This document shows positions 1 to 7,572 of a DNA stretch of 22,134 nt, piece after piece; the first letter of the stretch is position 1, and each line of letters starts with the position of its first letter. The notes beneath the pieces were generated by a model. That model was given only the letters and a program-made list of their open reading frames with translations. It ran no database searches and was not told the DNA's origin. Source of the stretch: Sphingobacterium thalpophilum (GTDB lineage: Bacteria > Bacteroidota > Bacteroidia > Sphingobacteriales > Sphingobacteriaceae); assembly GCA_945878525.1 (NCBI GenBank), contig CAMCTU010000037.1, positions 1-22,134 of the forward strand. Reading direction: 5' to 3'. Made by a program: the position numbers and the translations under genes.

Positions 1-120
1 GATGAATAATCCCGGAAAAATAAATTTCCAGTTTTGAAAAAATCTAACCCGTTTATCAAATGAAAGAATGATTGGAAATAATACAGTCAGAAAATTGATC
101 AATAAATAGGTATTCTTCAT
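1..120 (-). CDS. Lycopene cyclase domain protein (CrtY c/d type); only the N-terminal 40 codons are present and the gene runs off the left edge
   Basis: Too short for the ORF track. The reverse complement of 1..120 starts with ATG (120..118) and reads MKNTYLLINFLTVLFPIILSFDKRVRFFQNWKFIFPGLFI, with no stop before the edge. A hydrophobic N-terminal helix followed by SFDK-basic-FxxWK is how I recall Bacteroidota lycopene-cyclase-domain proteins beginning. This rests on recall and only 40 aa. Confidence 0.45.
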   Translation of the reverse strand, partial: MKNTYLLINFLTVLFPIILSFDKRVRFFQNWKFIFPGLFI

Positions 121-129
121 ATTCAAATA

Positions 130-660
130 TCAGATATAATTTTTGAATACCACCAATTCTTCTTTTAAACAGCGCTCAGATTGAATCATGAATATGGCCA
201 TATTCCTTATCAGATCAGCATCCGCCAATCCAAACTTCCTGTTTTTAAATTGCCTGTAAATTGCTTTGCGGTCTTCCTCAAGATCCTTACTTAAACCCAA
301 AAAGGCCGGGGTATCATGTTGTATTGAAAATCGCATAAAGCGTATTTCAAGATTAGTTGGGTTCCGTTCCACAGCATTTTTCATCGTCTTTTGAGAAAGG
401 GATACGTACTTAATTTTATTTTATGGATTCCAACTATGCTTTGCCTTCAAAGCTTCAAGGGTACCGATATACGCAACAATAAGTGGATTTTCGCTACTTC
501 TTGATCTGAGTGCCTGATACAATGAATCAGTTACTTGAGAACTTTCAATAGCACGGTGAACCGCTACTTTGATATTTTAAAAATCATCAAACAAGAACGC
601 TTCTGCATTGAAATGAACTGAGCTGAATATAAAAAAGAGTAACAAAAATCTGAACTTCAT
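130..660 (-). pseudogene. Disrupted gene for a signal-peptide-bearing, probably helical, hypothetical protein; a 177-codon frame interrupted by two in-frame TAA codons
   Basis: Hand translation of the minus strand from ATG at 660..658 gives MKFRFLLLFFIFSSVHFNAEAFLFDDF*NIKVAVHRAIESSQVTDSLYQALRSRSSENPLIVAYIGTLEALKAKHSWNP*NKIKYVSLSQKT. It then continues in the same frame into the listed 84-aa ORF (130..384). The internal stops are TAA at 579..577 and 423..421, and the terminal stop is TGA. The signal-peptide-like start and the uninterrupted frame suggest one former gene of about 176 aa. Confidence 0.5.
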
Positions 661-1135
661 GTGTTTTGGACTTGTTTTCAAAAATAATAAAAATGACTGT
701 GGAGGAGTTTTACAAATTTAAACTCAAAACACAACTAGGATTAGAAAATATTGAAAAAGGTTCAAATACTTCTAATTTTTTAACATAACGAATGAATTAG
801 TAAAGCATTGCGGAGTAATGGAATTATACTGATTATTATCGCCACCGTTTAATTATTGGTGGATAGCTAATCCATAATCGCTATAAGAACTTTTTGAAAA
901 ATAAGCTGTGTTATTAAAGCCTAAAGAAAAGTGTGTTGCTTTTCGACAAAGATTGTGGATGATTGTTTATTAAAACCCCAAGAATTTCAGCTTTCAACCT
1001 CACAAGACTATTCTACAGGCGTCGGTTATTATAAGAAACCATTCATTATTCAACCGTTAACTCTTTTTAGGATACCGGAGACTCATTTATGGTTCATCTT
1101 AAAGAATATAATGCAACCTTGTTATAGGTTTATAG

Positions 1136-1603
1136 ATGACAATGCCGGGAACATTTTCTCAAATTTATATTCAAACAGTTTTTGCTGTCAGAAACAGGGA
1201 ATGTTTGATTAGTTCCTTCTGGGAAGAGGAATTATATAAATACATAACCGGTATTATTCAAAATAAGGGACAAAAGATGCTTCAAATCAATGGTGTTGCT
1301 GATCATATTCATTTTCTTATCGGTATGAAACCTTCATGTTGTCTATCCGATCTTGTTCGAGAAGTAAAAAAATCATCTTCAGATTTTGTTAATGAAAATA
1401 ATTTTATCAAATCAAAATTTCAATGGCAGGAAGGGTTTGGAGCATTCTCCTATAGCCATACATCATTGGATAGTGTTATTGGTTATATTCAACTACAAAA
1501 AGAACATCATCGGAATATAACTTTCAAGGAGGAATACACTTCTCTTCTAAATAGCTTTAAAATTGAATTTAAGGACGAGTATTTGTTTCAATGGATTGAA
1601 TAA
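1136..1603 (+). CDS. IS200/IS605-like Y1 (HUH) transposase, probably a REP-associated tyrosine transposase (RAYT)
   Basis: The 155-aa product has the Y1_Tnp layout. It has an N-terminal QIYIQTVFAVRNRE strand, the HUH motif in ADHIHFLIG, conserved WQEGFGAFS, and a catalytic-Tyr helix in VIGYIQLQKEHH. Immediately downstream is an array of REP-like hairpins. Confidence 0.8.
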   Translation: MTMPGTFSQIYIQTVFAVRNRECLISSFWEEELYKYITGIIQNKGQKMLQINGVADHIHFLIGMKPSCCLSDLVREVKKSSSDFVNENNFIKSKFQWQEGFGAFSYSHTSLDSVIGYIQLQKEHHRNITFKEEYTSLLNSFKIEFKDEYLFQWIE

Positions 1604-1620
1604 TTTAATTGTTTTGCTAT

Positions 1621-1947
1621 CACATACGACCCCTTCAGGGTCGGGATTTCCGTATTAACATTTAGCTATAAACATTTGACCCCTTCAGGGTCATTCAAAA
1701 AATCTACACCGGAAGTATTATCGTCAATTCAACAATTCTTAAGTTAGTTGACATTACAGATTAGCCGACCCTGAAGGTGGTCGTATGTTTATAGAAACAC
1801 CAAAACGTTGATCCACGACCCTGAAGGGGTCGAATGTGAAAATTCGATATGTGCGACCTCGTAGGTAGTTTAACCGACCCCGTAGGTGGTCGTATGTTTA
1901 TAGAAAAACCAAAACGTTGATCCACGACCCTGAAGGGGTCGTATGTG
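1621..1947. repeat. Array of REP-like palindromic elements (at least six clear copies and one degenerate copy)
   Basis: Core hairpin is CGACCC-(5 nt)-GGGTCG. Two copies have a CTTCA loop: 1627..1643 and 1677..1693 (the latter with TGACCC/GGGTCA stems). Inverse-orientation copies with a TGAAG-type loop are at 1766..1783, 1816..1832, 1875..1892 and 1925..1941, with a degenerate copy near 1854..1870. The outermost copies form a perfect 23-bp inverted pair: CACATACGACCCCTTCAGGGTCG at 1621..1643 and CGACCCTGAAGGGGTCGTATGTG at 1925..1947. The extended motif including TATGTTTATAG is also inverted between 1666..1693 and 1766..1794. Confidence 0.85.
1765..1947 (+). repeat. Direct duplication of a 74-bp two-hairpin REP module at a 109-bp period
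   Basis: Hand alignment of 1765..1838 against 1874..1947 gives 70 of 74 identical positions. The 35 bp between the copies are not repeated. Confidence 0.85.
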
Positions 1948-2009
1948 TTCTAAATTTTTTCTTAGAAACAAATATGGCCTTGTAAAGCATGCTTTTTTTT
2001 CGAAGAAGC

Positions 2010-3035
2010 TTACCCTCCAATAATATTTACCTCACGATCAAGCACAATCCCGAATTGAGCGATCACACTCTCAATAATTGATTCTGAAAATTTAAAGATC
2101 TCATCCCCTGTAGCGTTCCCATGATTCACTAAAACCAATGCTTGGTTCTTCCATGTCCCGGTATTGCCTACAACTTTACCTTTCCATCCACAATGCTCAA
2201 TCATCCATCCTGCCGAAATCTTGGTATATCCCTCTTGTGCCGGAAAATGAACAATTTCCGGAAAATCAGCTTTCAATTTAAGAAACTGAGTGTTCGGAAT
2301 TACCGGGTTCTTAAAAAAGCTACCTGCATTGCCAATAGTTGCCGGATCGGGTAATTTGCTAACACGGATATTAGAAACAACAGTAGAAAGGTCTTTGATA
2401 GAGGGATTATTGATTCCACGTTTTTGAAGCTCATCACTGATTGCTCCGTAAGTAATCTTAGGCTCAAATTTTTTAGAGAGCTTAAAACTAACTTCAGTTA
2501 TAATATACAGTCCTTTCAGTGCCGACTTAAATACGCTGTCGCGATAGCTAAAGCCACAATCATCTTTTTCAAACACCCTGACGCTGCCACTTGCAATCTC
2601 AAATGCCCGGCATGAATGAAATATATCCTGAAGTTCAACCCCATAAGCACCAATATTTTGTACCGGTGCTGCTCCAACAGAGCCTGGGATAAGACTCAGA
2701 TTTTCAATGCCGGCAAATCCATTATCAACGCAATAATTAACCAGGTCGTTCCAAACAACTCCTGCACCTGCTGTAACAATAACATCATTTCCAATGATCT
2801 CAAATCTGATACCCTGAATTTTAATATGGACTACTAAGCCTTTATAATCAGAGGTAAAAAGCATATTACTGCCCCCTCCCAAAACCAAATGGGGGTAATT
2901 CTTCCAGCGATTTTGAGTAAAGAGTACTTGAAGATCATCTTCTTCGCTTACATCTAGATACCAGGCGGCTTTGACTTCAACACCGAAAGTATTCAACTTC
3001 TTAAGTGGAAAATTTTCAATTACCTGCATCTGCAA
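2010..3035 (-). CDS. murB: UDP-N-acetylenolpyruvoylglucosamine reductase
   Basis: The 341-aa product is collinear with E. coli-type MurB as I remember it: [78 protein letters not shown]. Confidence 0.93.
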   Translation of the reverse strand: [341 protein letters not shown]

Positions 3036-3055
3036 TAACTAATGAAGAAAAGCAT

Positions 3056-3499
3056 TTATTTCGACTGGAAATATTTCTTGGATGCCAATAGCAGACCAAA
3101 CTCCTCGGAAGGATTCTTTTTGATGGATTTATGATGGATCTTATGTGCCCGCCTGATTCCTAAGAGGTATGAATTGTTGGATTTAAAACTCTTAAACCTA
3201 TTGTGAATAAACCAATCATGAAAAATGAAATAGATTATCCCATAAACCGAAATTCCAAGCCCTATCCAAAACTTCACATTAAGATCAGCTCTTCCTTGCC
3301 ACATGAGGTAGAGAGCTAGGGAGGCAAAGAGCAGACTAAACAAATCATTAAATTCGAACCAACCCTCGCGCTCAACATGGTGACTTTTATGGATAAACCA
3401 TAATGGACCATGAAATAGATACTTATGAATAAACCATGAAAATGCCTCCATAGAAGCAATGGTGAGTAGAATTATCCCGATGTTAATGACAATTTGCAT
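3056..3499 (-). CDS. crtZ: Beta-carotene 3-hydroxylase (fatty-acid hydroxylase superfamily)
   Basis: The 147-aa membrane protein has the CrtZ histidine boxes in the expected order: HKYLFHG..HKSHH, FEFNDLF, HDWFIHNRF, AHKIHH, FGLL. The stop lies 20 bp upstream of the murB start, so co-transcription is likely. Confidence 0.85.
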   Translation of the reverse strand: MQIVINIGIILLTIASMEAFSWFIHKYLFHGPLWFIHKSHHVEREGWFEFNDLFSLLFASLALYLMWQGRADLNVKFWIGLGISVYGIIYFIFHDWFIHNRFKSFKSNNSYLLGIRRAHKIHHKSIKKNPSEEFGLLLASKKYFQSK

Positions 3500-3516
3500 T
3501 GTTGGTTTTCTGTATT

Positions 3517-3574
3517 AGTTATCAGTTACCTGTTGTCTGAATTAGTTATCAGTTGTCTGTTATCAGTTGTCAGT
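3517..3574. repeat. Degenerate heptamer array (about 8 units, plus-strand consensus WGTTRYC) immediately upstream of the crtZ start
   Basis: Read directly: agttatc agttacc tgttgtc tgaatt agttatc agttgtc tgttatc agttgtc agt. It also contains a 27-bp-period direct repeat, with attagttatcagtt at 3514..3527 and 3541..3554. Confidence 0.8.
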
Positions 3575-3652
3575 AATTTATTGGTGAAGAATACAATCCT
3601 GCTTTCTATTAGGACTTCGGAAATATTTCGCTTGGAACAAATTTCCAAAACT

Positions 3653-3701
3653 TATAACCTATAACTTATAACCTACAACTTAAAACCTATAACTTATAAC
3701 T
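3653..3701. repeat. Degenerate heptamer array (7 units, plus-strand TAYAACY-like) starting 5 nt after the lpdA stop codon
   Basis: Read directly: tataacc tataact tataacc tacaact taaaacc tataact tataact. The 17-mer aacctataacttataac occurs twice (3656..3672 and 3684..3700). The reverse complement (RGTTNTA units) resembles the 3517..3574 array, so the two arrays are an imperfect inverted repeat. Confidence 0.8.
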
Positions 3702-3706
3702 CCCAA

Positions 3707-5110
3707 TTAAATATGTATCGCCCTATTCTCCGTAGCCGCCATACTTGCCTCTTTAAATGCCTCAGTGTAAGTTGGGTGAGCGTGAGATATTCTGGCAATA
3801 TCTTCTGCAGAGGCTCTGAATTCCATAGCTACTACTGCTTCAGCAATCAAATCAGCTACCCTTGGCCCAATCATGTGTACTCCCAATATTTCGTCCGTAG
3901 AAGCATCTGCAAGCACTTTTACGAAGCCGTCAGAATCATTGCTGGCACGAGCCCTTCCACTGGCTTTGAATGGGAACGAGCCACTTTTATATGGGGTACC
4001 ACTTTCTTTAAGCTGTTCTTCAGTATAACCCACACTCGCCACTTCAGGCCAGGTATAAACTACTCCCGGAATTAAATTATAATTAATATGAGGTTTCTGT
4101 CCGGCGATAACTTCAGCCACAAAAGTCCCTTCATCCTCAGCTTTATGGGCCAGCATAGCTCCCTTAACCACATCACCAATTGCATATACCCCAGGTACTG
4201 ATGTTTCAAGATGATCGTTGACAGGAATCTTTCTGCCACGTTCCTCTAAAGTAATTCCAATATTTTCAAGACCAAGGCTATCTGTGTAAGCTGTACGACC
4301 AACTGCTACCAGACAGTAGTCGCCTTCTAAACTGATTTTTTCACCTGTCGGATTGTCGGCCGTTACAGTCACTTTATTGCCTTTTACACTTGCGCCTGTT
4401 ACTTTATGACTTAATAAGAATTCCATTCCCTGTTTTGCAAGCACTTTTTGAAGCTCCTTACCCAAACTCTTATCCATTGTGCCAATTATAGAATCCATGA
4501 ATTCTACAACTGTCACTCTAGAACCCAGCCGGGCATAAACAGAACCCAGTTCAAGTCCGATAACCCCACCACCAATCAGAATCAAATGCTTTGGAATTTC
4601 CGATAAATTCAATGCTTCCGTTGAAGTAATGATTCGCTTACCATCGGTTTTCAAGAAAGGGAGCTGACTTGGTTTTGAACCTGTAGCGATAATTACATTT
4701 TTGCCTGTAAGGGTTTCTGATGTGCCATCAGCTTTACTTACCTTAACTGTATTTTTATCAACCATCGAACCCATGCCCTGATAAGCAGTAATCTTATTTT
4801 TCTTAAAAAGAAATGAAATTCCACCTGTGGTGTGGGCAACAACCTCATCCTTACGTTTGACCATTTGTTTTAGATCGGGCTTAAGGTCTTTCAGGTTGAT
4901 ACCATGCTCCTTAAATGAATGCAGTGCATTATGGTAATGTTCTGACGAATCCAACAATGCTTTTGAAGGGATACACCCAACATTTAAGCAGGTTCCCCCA
5001 TAAGTGCTGTACTTCTCAACAACTGCGGTTTTTAAACCAAGTTGTGAACAACGAATGGCAGCAACATAACCACCCGGACCACTACCTATTACTATTACGT
5101 CGAATTGCAT
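3707..5110 (-). CDS. lpdA: Dihydrolipoyl dehydrogenase (E3 component)
   Basis: The 467-aa product has the FAD-binding VIVIGSGPGGYVAA motif, the redox-active disulfide motif GGTCLNVGCIPSK, a second dinucleotide fold LILIGGGVIGLELG, and the C-terminal HAHPTYTE interface motif. Confidence 0.95.
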   Translation of the reverse strand: MQFDVIVIGSGPGGYVAAIRCSQLGLKTAVVEKYSTYGGTCLNVGCIPSKALLDSSEHYHNALHSFKEHGINLKDLKPDLKQMVKRKDEVVAHTTGGISFLFKKNKITAYQGMGSMVDKNTVKVSKADGTSETLTGKNVIIATGSKPSQLPFLKTDGKRIITSTEALNLSEIPKHLILIGGGVIGLELGSVYARLGSRVTVVEFMDSIIGTMDKSLGKELQKVLAKQGMEFLLSHKVTGASVKGNKVTVTADNPTGEKISLEGDYCLVAVGRTAYTDSLGLENIGITLEERGRKIPVNDHLETSVPGVYAIGDVVKGAMLAHKAEDEGTFVAEVIAGQKPHINYNLIPGVVYTWPEVASVGYTEEQLKESGTPYKSGSFPFKASGRARASNDSDGFVKVLADASTDEILGVHMIGPRVADLIAEAVVAMEFRASAEDIARISHAHPTYTEAFKEASMAATENRAIHI

Positions 5111-5133
5111 TTTGTATTTTTTGAAATTTAATA

Positions 5134-5141
5134 CAAAGTTA
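5134..5141 (-). promoter_or_regulatory. Candidate Bacteroidota -7 promoter box for lpdA
   Basis: The minus strand reads TAACTTTG, matching the Bacteroides/Flavobacterium sigma-A -7 consensus TAnnTTTG. It lies about 24-31 nt upstream of the lpdA ATG. I found no convincing -33 TTTG. Confidence 0.3.
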
Positions 5142-5350
5142 CTAAATATAGAACCTTAAAAAAATTTGAAACCAATAGTATTCGTTGGATTATTGGGATT
5201 TGGGGAGCTTATTTTTGCGAAAACTAATAACCCGAGTTCGAAATATGCATTTAAGAGACAGACATCTAATAATTTAGTTTTCTCTGATGCCAATTAATTT
5301 GATTTTGAAAAACAATACCTGTGTATTATGGATTAGTTCAGCCCTTTCCT

Positions 5351-5518
5351 CCGGAGTACTTCCGGCAATAAATCGTTGTCATTCCAGCGACAGCTGGAAC
5401 CTCCTCTGGCAAGGTTTATTTTATAAGGTGTTGATTTCCATTGGGACGGCAGCCCGGCAATAGGAGCAATTGCCTGTTGAAATAAACCTGGGTGACAGCT
5501 CTAGATTTTTTGCTTTTT
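5351..5518. other. GC-rich, hairpin-dense core of the lpdA / M1-peptidase intergenic region (candidate structured RNA or repeat cluster; strand unknown)
   Basis: Hairpins are ccgga-gtact-tccgg (5351..5365), ttccagc-gaca-gctggaa (5382..5399) and ggcaat-aggagca-attgcc (5456..5474). A 10-bp long-range pairing, aggtttattt (5412..5421) with aaataaacct (5480..5489), encloses the third hairpin. T-runs follow at 5506..5518. No ORF of useful length exists in any frame. Confidence 0.25.
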
Positions 5519-5748
5519 GAATTTCATGTTGTCTATTAAATTTGTTGCAAAAAACTAGGGCAGAACACAGGAATGGCAAGACCGAAGAGACTCAGACCCT
5601 GCTTTCTAAAAAAAATAAAATTCTCAATTTAAAATTAATTCGGCAATATTTTATGTGGAACTAAGGTTAATGCAAAGTATGAATCAATAAAATGAGCCCA
5701 ATCATAAAAATCACAGTTCAGACAAATTATAGATCGTATGGAAATAAT

Positions 5749-5756
5749 TACATTTG
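5749..5756 (+). promoter_or_regulatory. Candidate -7 promoter box for the M1 peptidase gene
   Basis: TACATTTG matches TAnnTTTG and ends 39 nt upstream of the ATG at 5796. No clear -33 element. Confidence 0.3.
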
Positions 5757-5795
5757 ATTTTCTTTATCTAATTTTAATTTTCAAGATCAAGCTAT

Positions 5796-7439
5796 ATGTT
5801 AAAAATAAAGAGTCTGATGTTATTGTTTATCTGCCTGATTTTGTCCCATACAAGCTGCCGTGGACAAAACAATAACTTCACCAGAGCGGATACATTAAGA
5901 GGTGCATTAAGTCCGCTAAGGAGTTCATATGACATTAATTATTACCATCTGGATATCAAGCTTGATATTGAAAAAAAGAAAATCAGCGGTTCAAATCTAT
6001 TCAAATTTACCGCGGTTCAGGATCTTAATCGACTACAATTCGACTTATTTGAAAATATGAACATCGAAAAAGTTCATTATCAGGGCAAAGAAATACCATT
6101 CAAAAGAGAATTCAATGCGGTTTTCATTGATTTTCCTGAGCGCATAAAAAAAGGAACCAAGGCAGAATTTACAGTATTCTATAATGGGAATCCAACAATA
6201 GCGAGAAATCCACCATGGGATGGAGGATTCACTTTTTCTGCTGACCAAAATGGCAAACCATGGGTCAGTGTATCCTGTCAGGGTTTTGGAGCCAGTTCCT
6301 GGTGGCCAAATAAAGACCATCAGTCGGACGAGGTTGACAGTATGCTCATCAGCATAGCAGTACCCAAAGGCTTGATGAATGTAAGCAATGGGCGCCTGGT
6401 TTCTATTAAGGAGCAAGAAGATAACTTTACCCAGTATAACTGGTTCGTTTCCTATCCGATTAACAACTATAATGTAAGTCTAAACGTTGCTGATTATGTC
6501 CATTTTAATGATAGTTATCAAGGAGAGAACGGAAATTTAACACTTGATTACTACGTCCTGAGAGAGAATCTGGATAAAGCAAAAAAGCAATTCGGCGAAA
6601 ATGTAAAGCCAATGTTCGGTGCATTTGAGAACTGGTTTGGCCCCTACCCATTTTACCGTGACGGTTATAAACTGATTGAAACTCCTTATTTAGGAATGGA
6701 GCATCAAACTGCGGTAGCTTATGGAAATAAATACCTCAATGGCTATCGTGGACGGGATCTTTCGGGTACCGGACTTGGCTTAAAATGGGATTATATCATC
6801 ATCCATGAAACCGGACATGAATGGTTTGGAAATAATATTACATCTAAGGATATAGCTGATATGTGGATCCATGAAGGCTTTACCATGTATTCGGAAGCTT
6901 TATATGTTGAAAGCATAGAAGGAAAGGCAGCCGGAGCAAAGTATATTGCGGGTATCAGGTCGAATATTACGAACAATAAGCCTATAATTGGTATCTATAA
7001 TGTCAATCATGAGGGTTCCGGTGATATGTATTATAAAGGAGCTAACCTCATTCACATGACCAGAATATTGCTGGATGATGATAAAAAATGGAGGGAATTA
7101 TTGAGGGGCATGAATAAGGAATTCGGACTTAAAACCACTACTACTGAAGAAATTGTAGCCTACATTAACAAGATTACCGGAAAAAATCTAAGTAAAATTT
7201 ACGATCAATACCTTCGCTATGCACAAATTCCTGTACTTGAACACAAGCAGGAAGGAAATCAGGTCTACTATCGATGGCAGGCAGATGTAGAAAATTTTGA
7301 TATGCCAATCAGGATAAAAAGGGGCGGTAAAATGGAATGGATCAAGCCTGAAAAAGAATGGAAAAAGATAAAACTTAATTCTGAGTTTAGTCCTGATATC
7401 TTGAATTTCTATATCAGACTCAAGAAAATTGAAACATAA
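5796..7439 (+). CDS. Secreted M1-family zinc metallopeptidase (aminopeptidase N-like)
   Basis: The 547-aa product has an N-terminal signal peptide (MLLFICLILSHTSC), the gluzincin HExxH motif in IIIHETGHEWFGN, and the downstream Glu ligand in WIHEGFTMYSE. Confidence 0.85.
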   Translation: MLKIKSLMLLFICLILSHTSCRGQNNNFTRADTLRGALSPLRSSYDINYYHLDIKLDIEKKKISGSNLFKFTAVQDLNRLQFDLFENMNIEKVHYQGKEIPFKREFNAVFIDFPERIKKGTKAEFTVFYNGNPTIARNPPWDGGFTFSADQNGKPWVSVSCQGFGASSWWPNKDHQSDEVDSMLISIAVPKGLMNVSNGRLVSIKEQEDNFTQYNWFVSYPINNYNVSLNVADYVHFNDSYQGENGNLTLDYYVLRENLDKAKKQFGENVKPMFGAFENWFGPYPFYRDGYKLIETPYLGMEHQTAVAYGNKYLNGYRGRDLSGTGLGLKWDYIIIHETGHEWFGNNITSKDIADMWIHEGFTMYSEALYVESIEGKAAGAKYIAGIRSNITNNKPIIGIYNVNHEGSGDMYYKGANLIHMTRILLDDDKKWRELLRGMNKEFGLKTTTTEEIVAYINKITGKNLSKIYDQYLRYAQIPVLEHKQEGNQVYYRWQADVENFDMPIRIKRGGKMEWIKPEKEWKKIKLNSEFSPDILNFYIRLKKIET

Positions 7440-7572
7440 AGAAGTTTCCTGGTAAAATTTCAAAATAAAAATGTAAGCATGCAACTTTGCTGGTAAACCT
7501 GCGTCTCATCTTAAAAAGCATAAAAGTTTACAGGGGATAATTTACTCCCTTAAATCATAAAAAATCATTCAG

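Noticed and set aside
130-660. Stop-codon reassignment or programmed read-through as the explanation for the two in-frame TAA codons
   Set aside because: TAA is the terminator of murB, crtZ and lpdA in this same window, so a genome-wide reassignment is inconsistent. I see no read-through context signal that I can recognise. A pseudogene is the simpler explanation.
931-1212. 93-aa plus-strand ORF overlapping the start of the transposase gene
   Set aside because: It overlaps the better-supported Y1 transposase frame. The sequence is Cys-rich and family-free, and it starts in AT-rich intergenic DNA.
1621-1947. CRISPR array
   Set aside because: The repeats are short palindromes present in both orientations with irregular spacing (about 33 to 72 bp). 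One spacer-like segment is itself duplicated, and no cas genes are nearby. The adjacent Y1 transposase fits REP elements instead.
1985-2003. aaagcatgcttt palindrome followed by a T8 run as a terminator for the transposase/REP transcript
   Set aside because: The palindrome leaves no room for a loop, giving at most a 4-bp stem with a catg loop. It is too weak to call an intrinsic terminator with any confidence.
2142-2837. Three plus-strand ORFs (70, 63 and 73 aa) inside murB
   Set aside because: They lie antisense to a strongly supported gene. Their products are Cys/Asn/Ile-rich and low in complexity, with no recognisable motifs. These are typical shadow ORFs.
5225-5245. tRNA-like T-arm (cccgagttcgaaat)
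   Set aside because: Only a partial resemblance to GGTTCGAATCC. There is no acceptor-stem complement, no anticodon arm and no cloverleaf in the flanking about 80 nt.
5341-5357. RNase P RNA-like GGAGGAAAG motif on the minus strand (ggaggaaagggctg)
   Set aside because: The conserved RNase P element is GGAGGAAAGTCCGGGC, and the match breaks after AAAG. The surrounding region is too short and lacks the other conserved helices.
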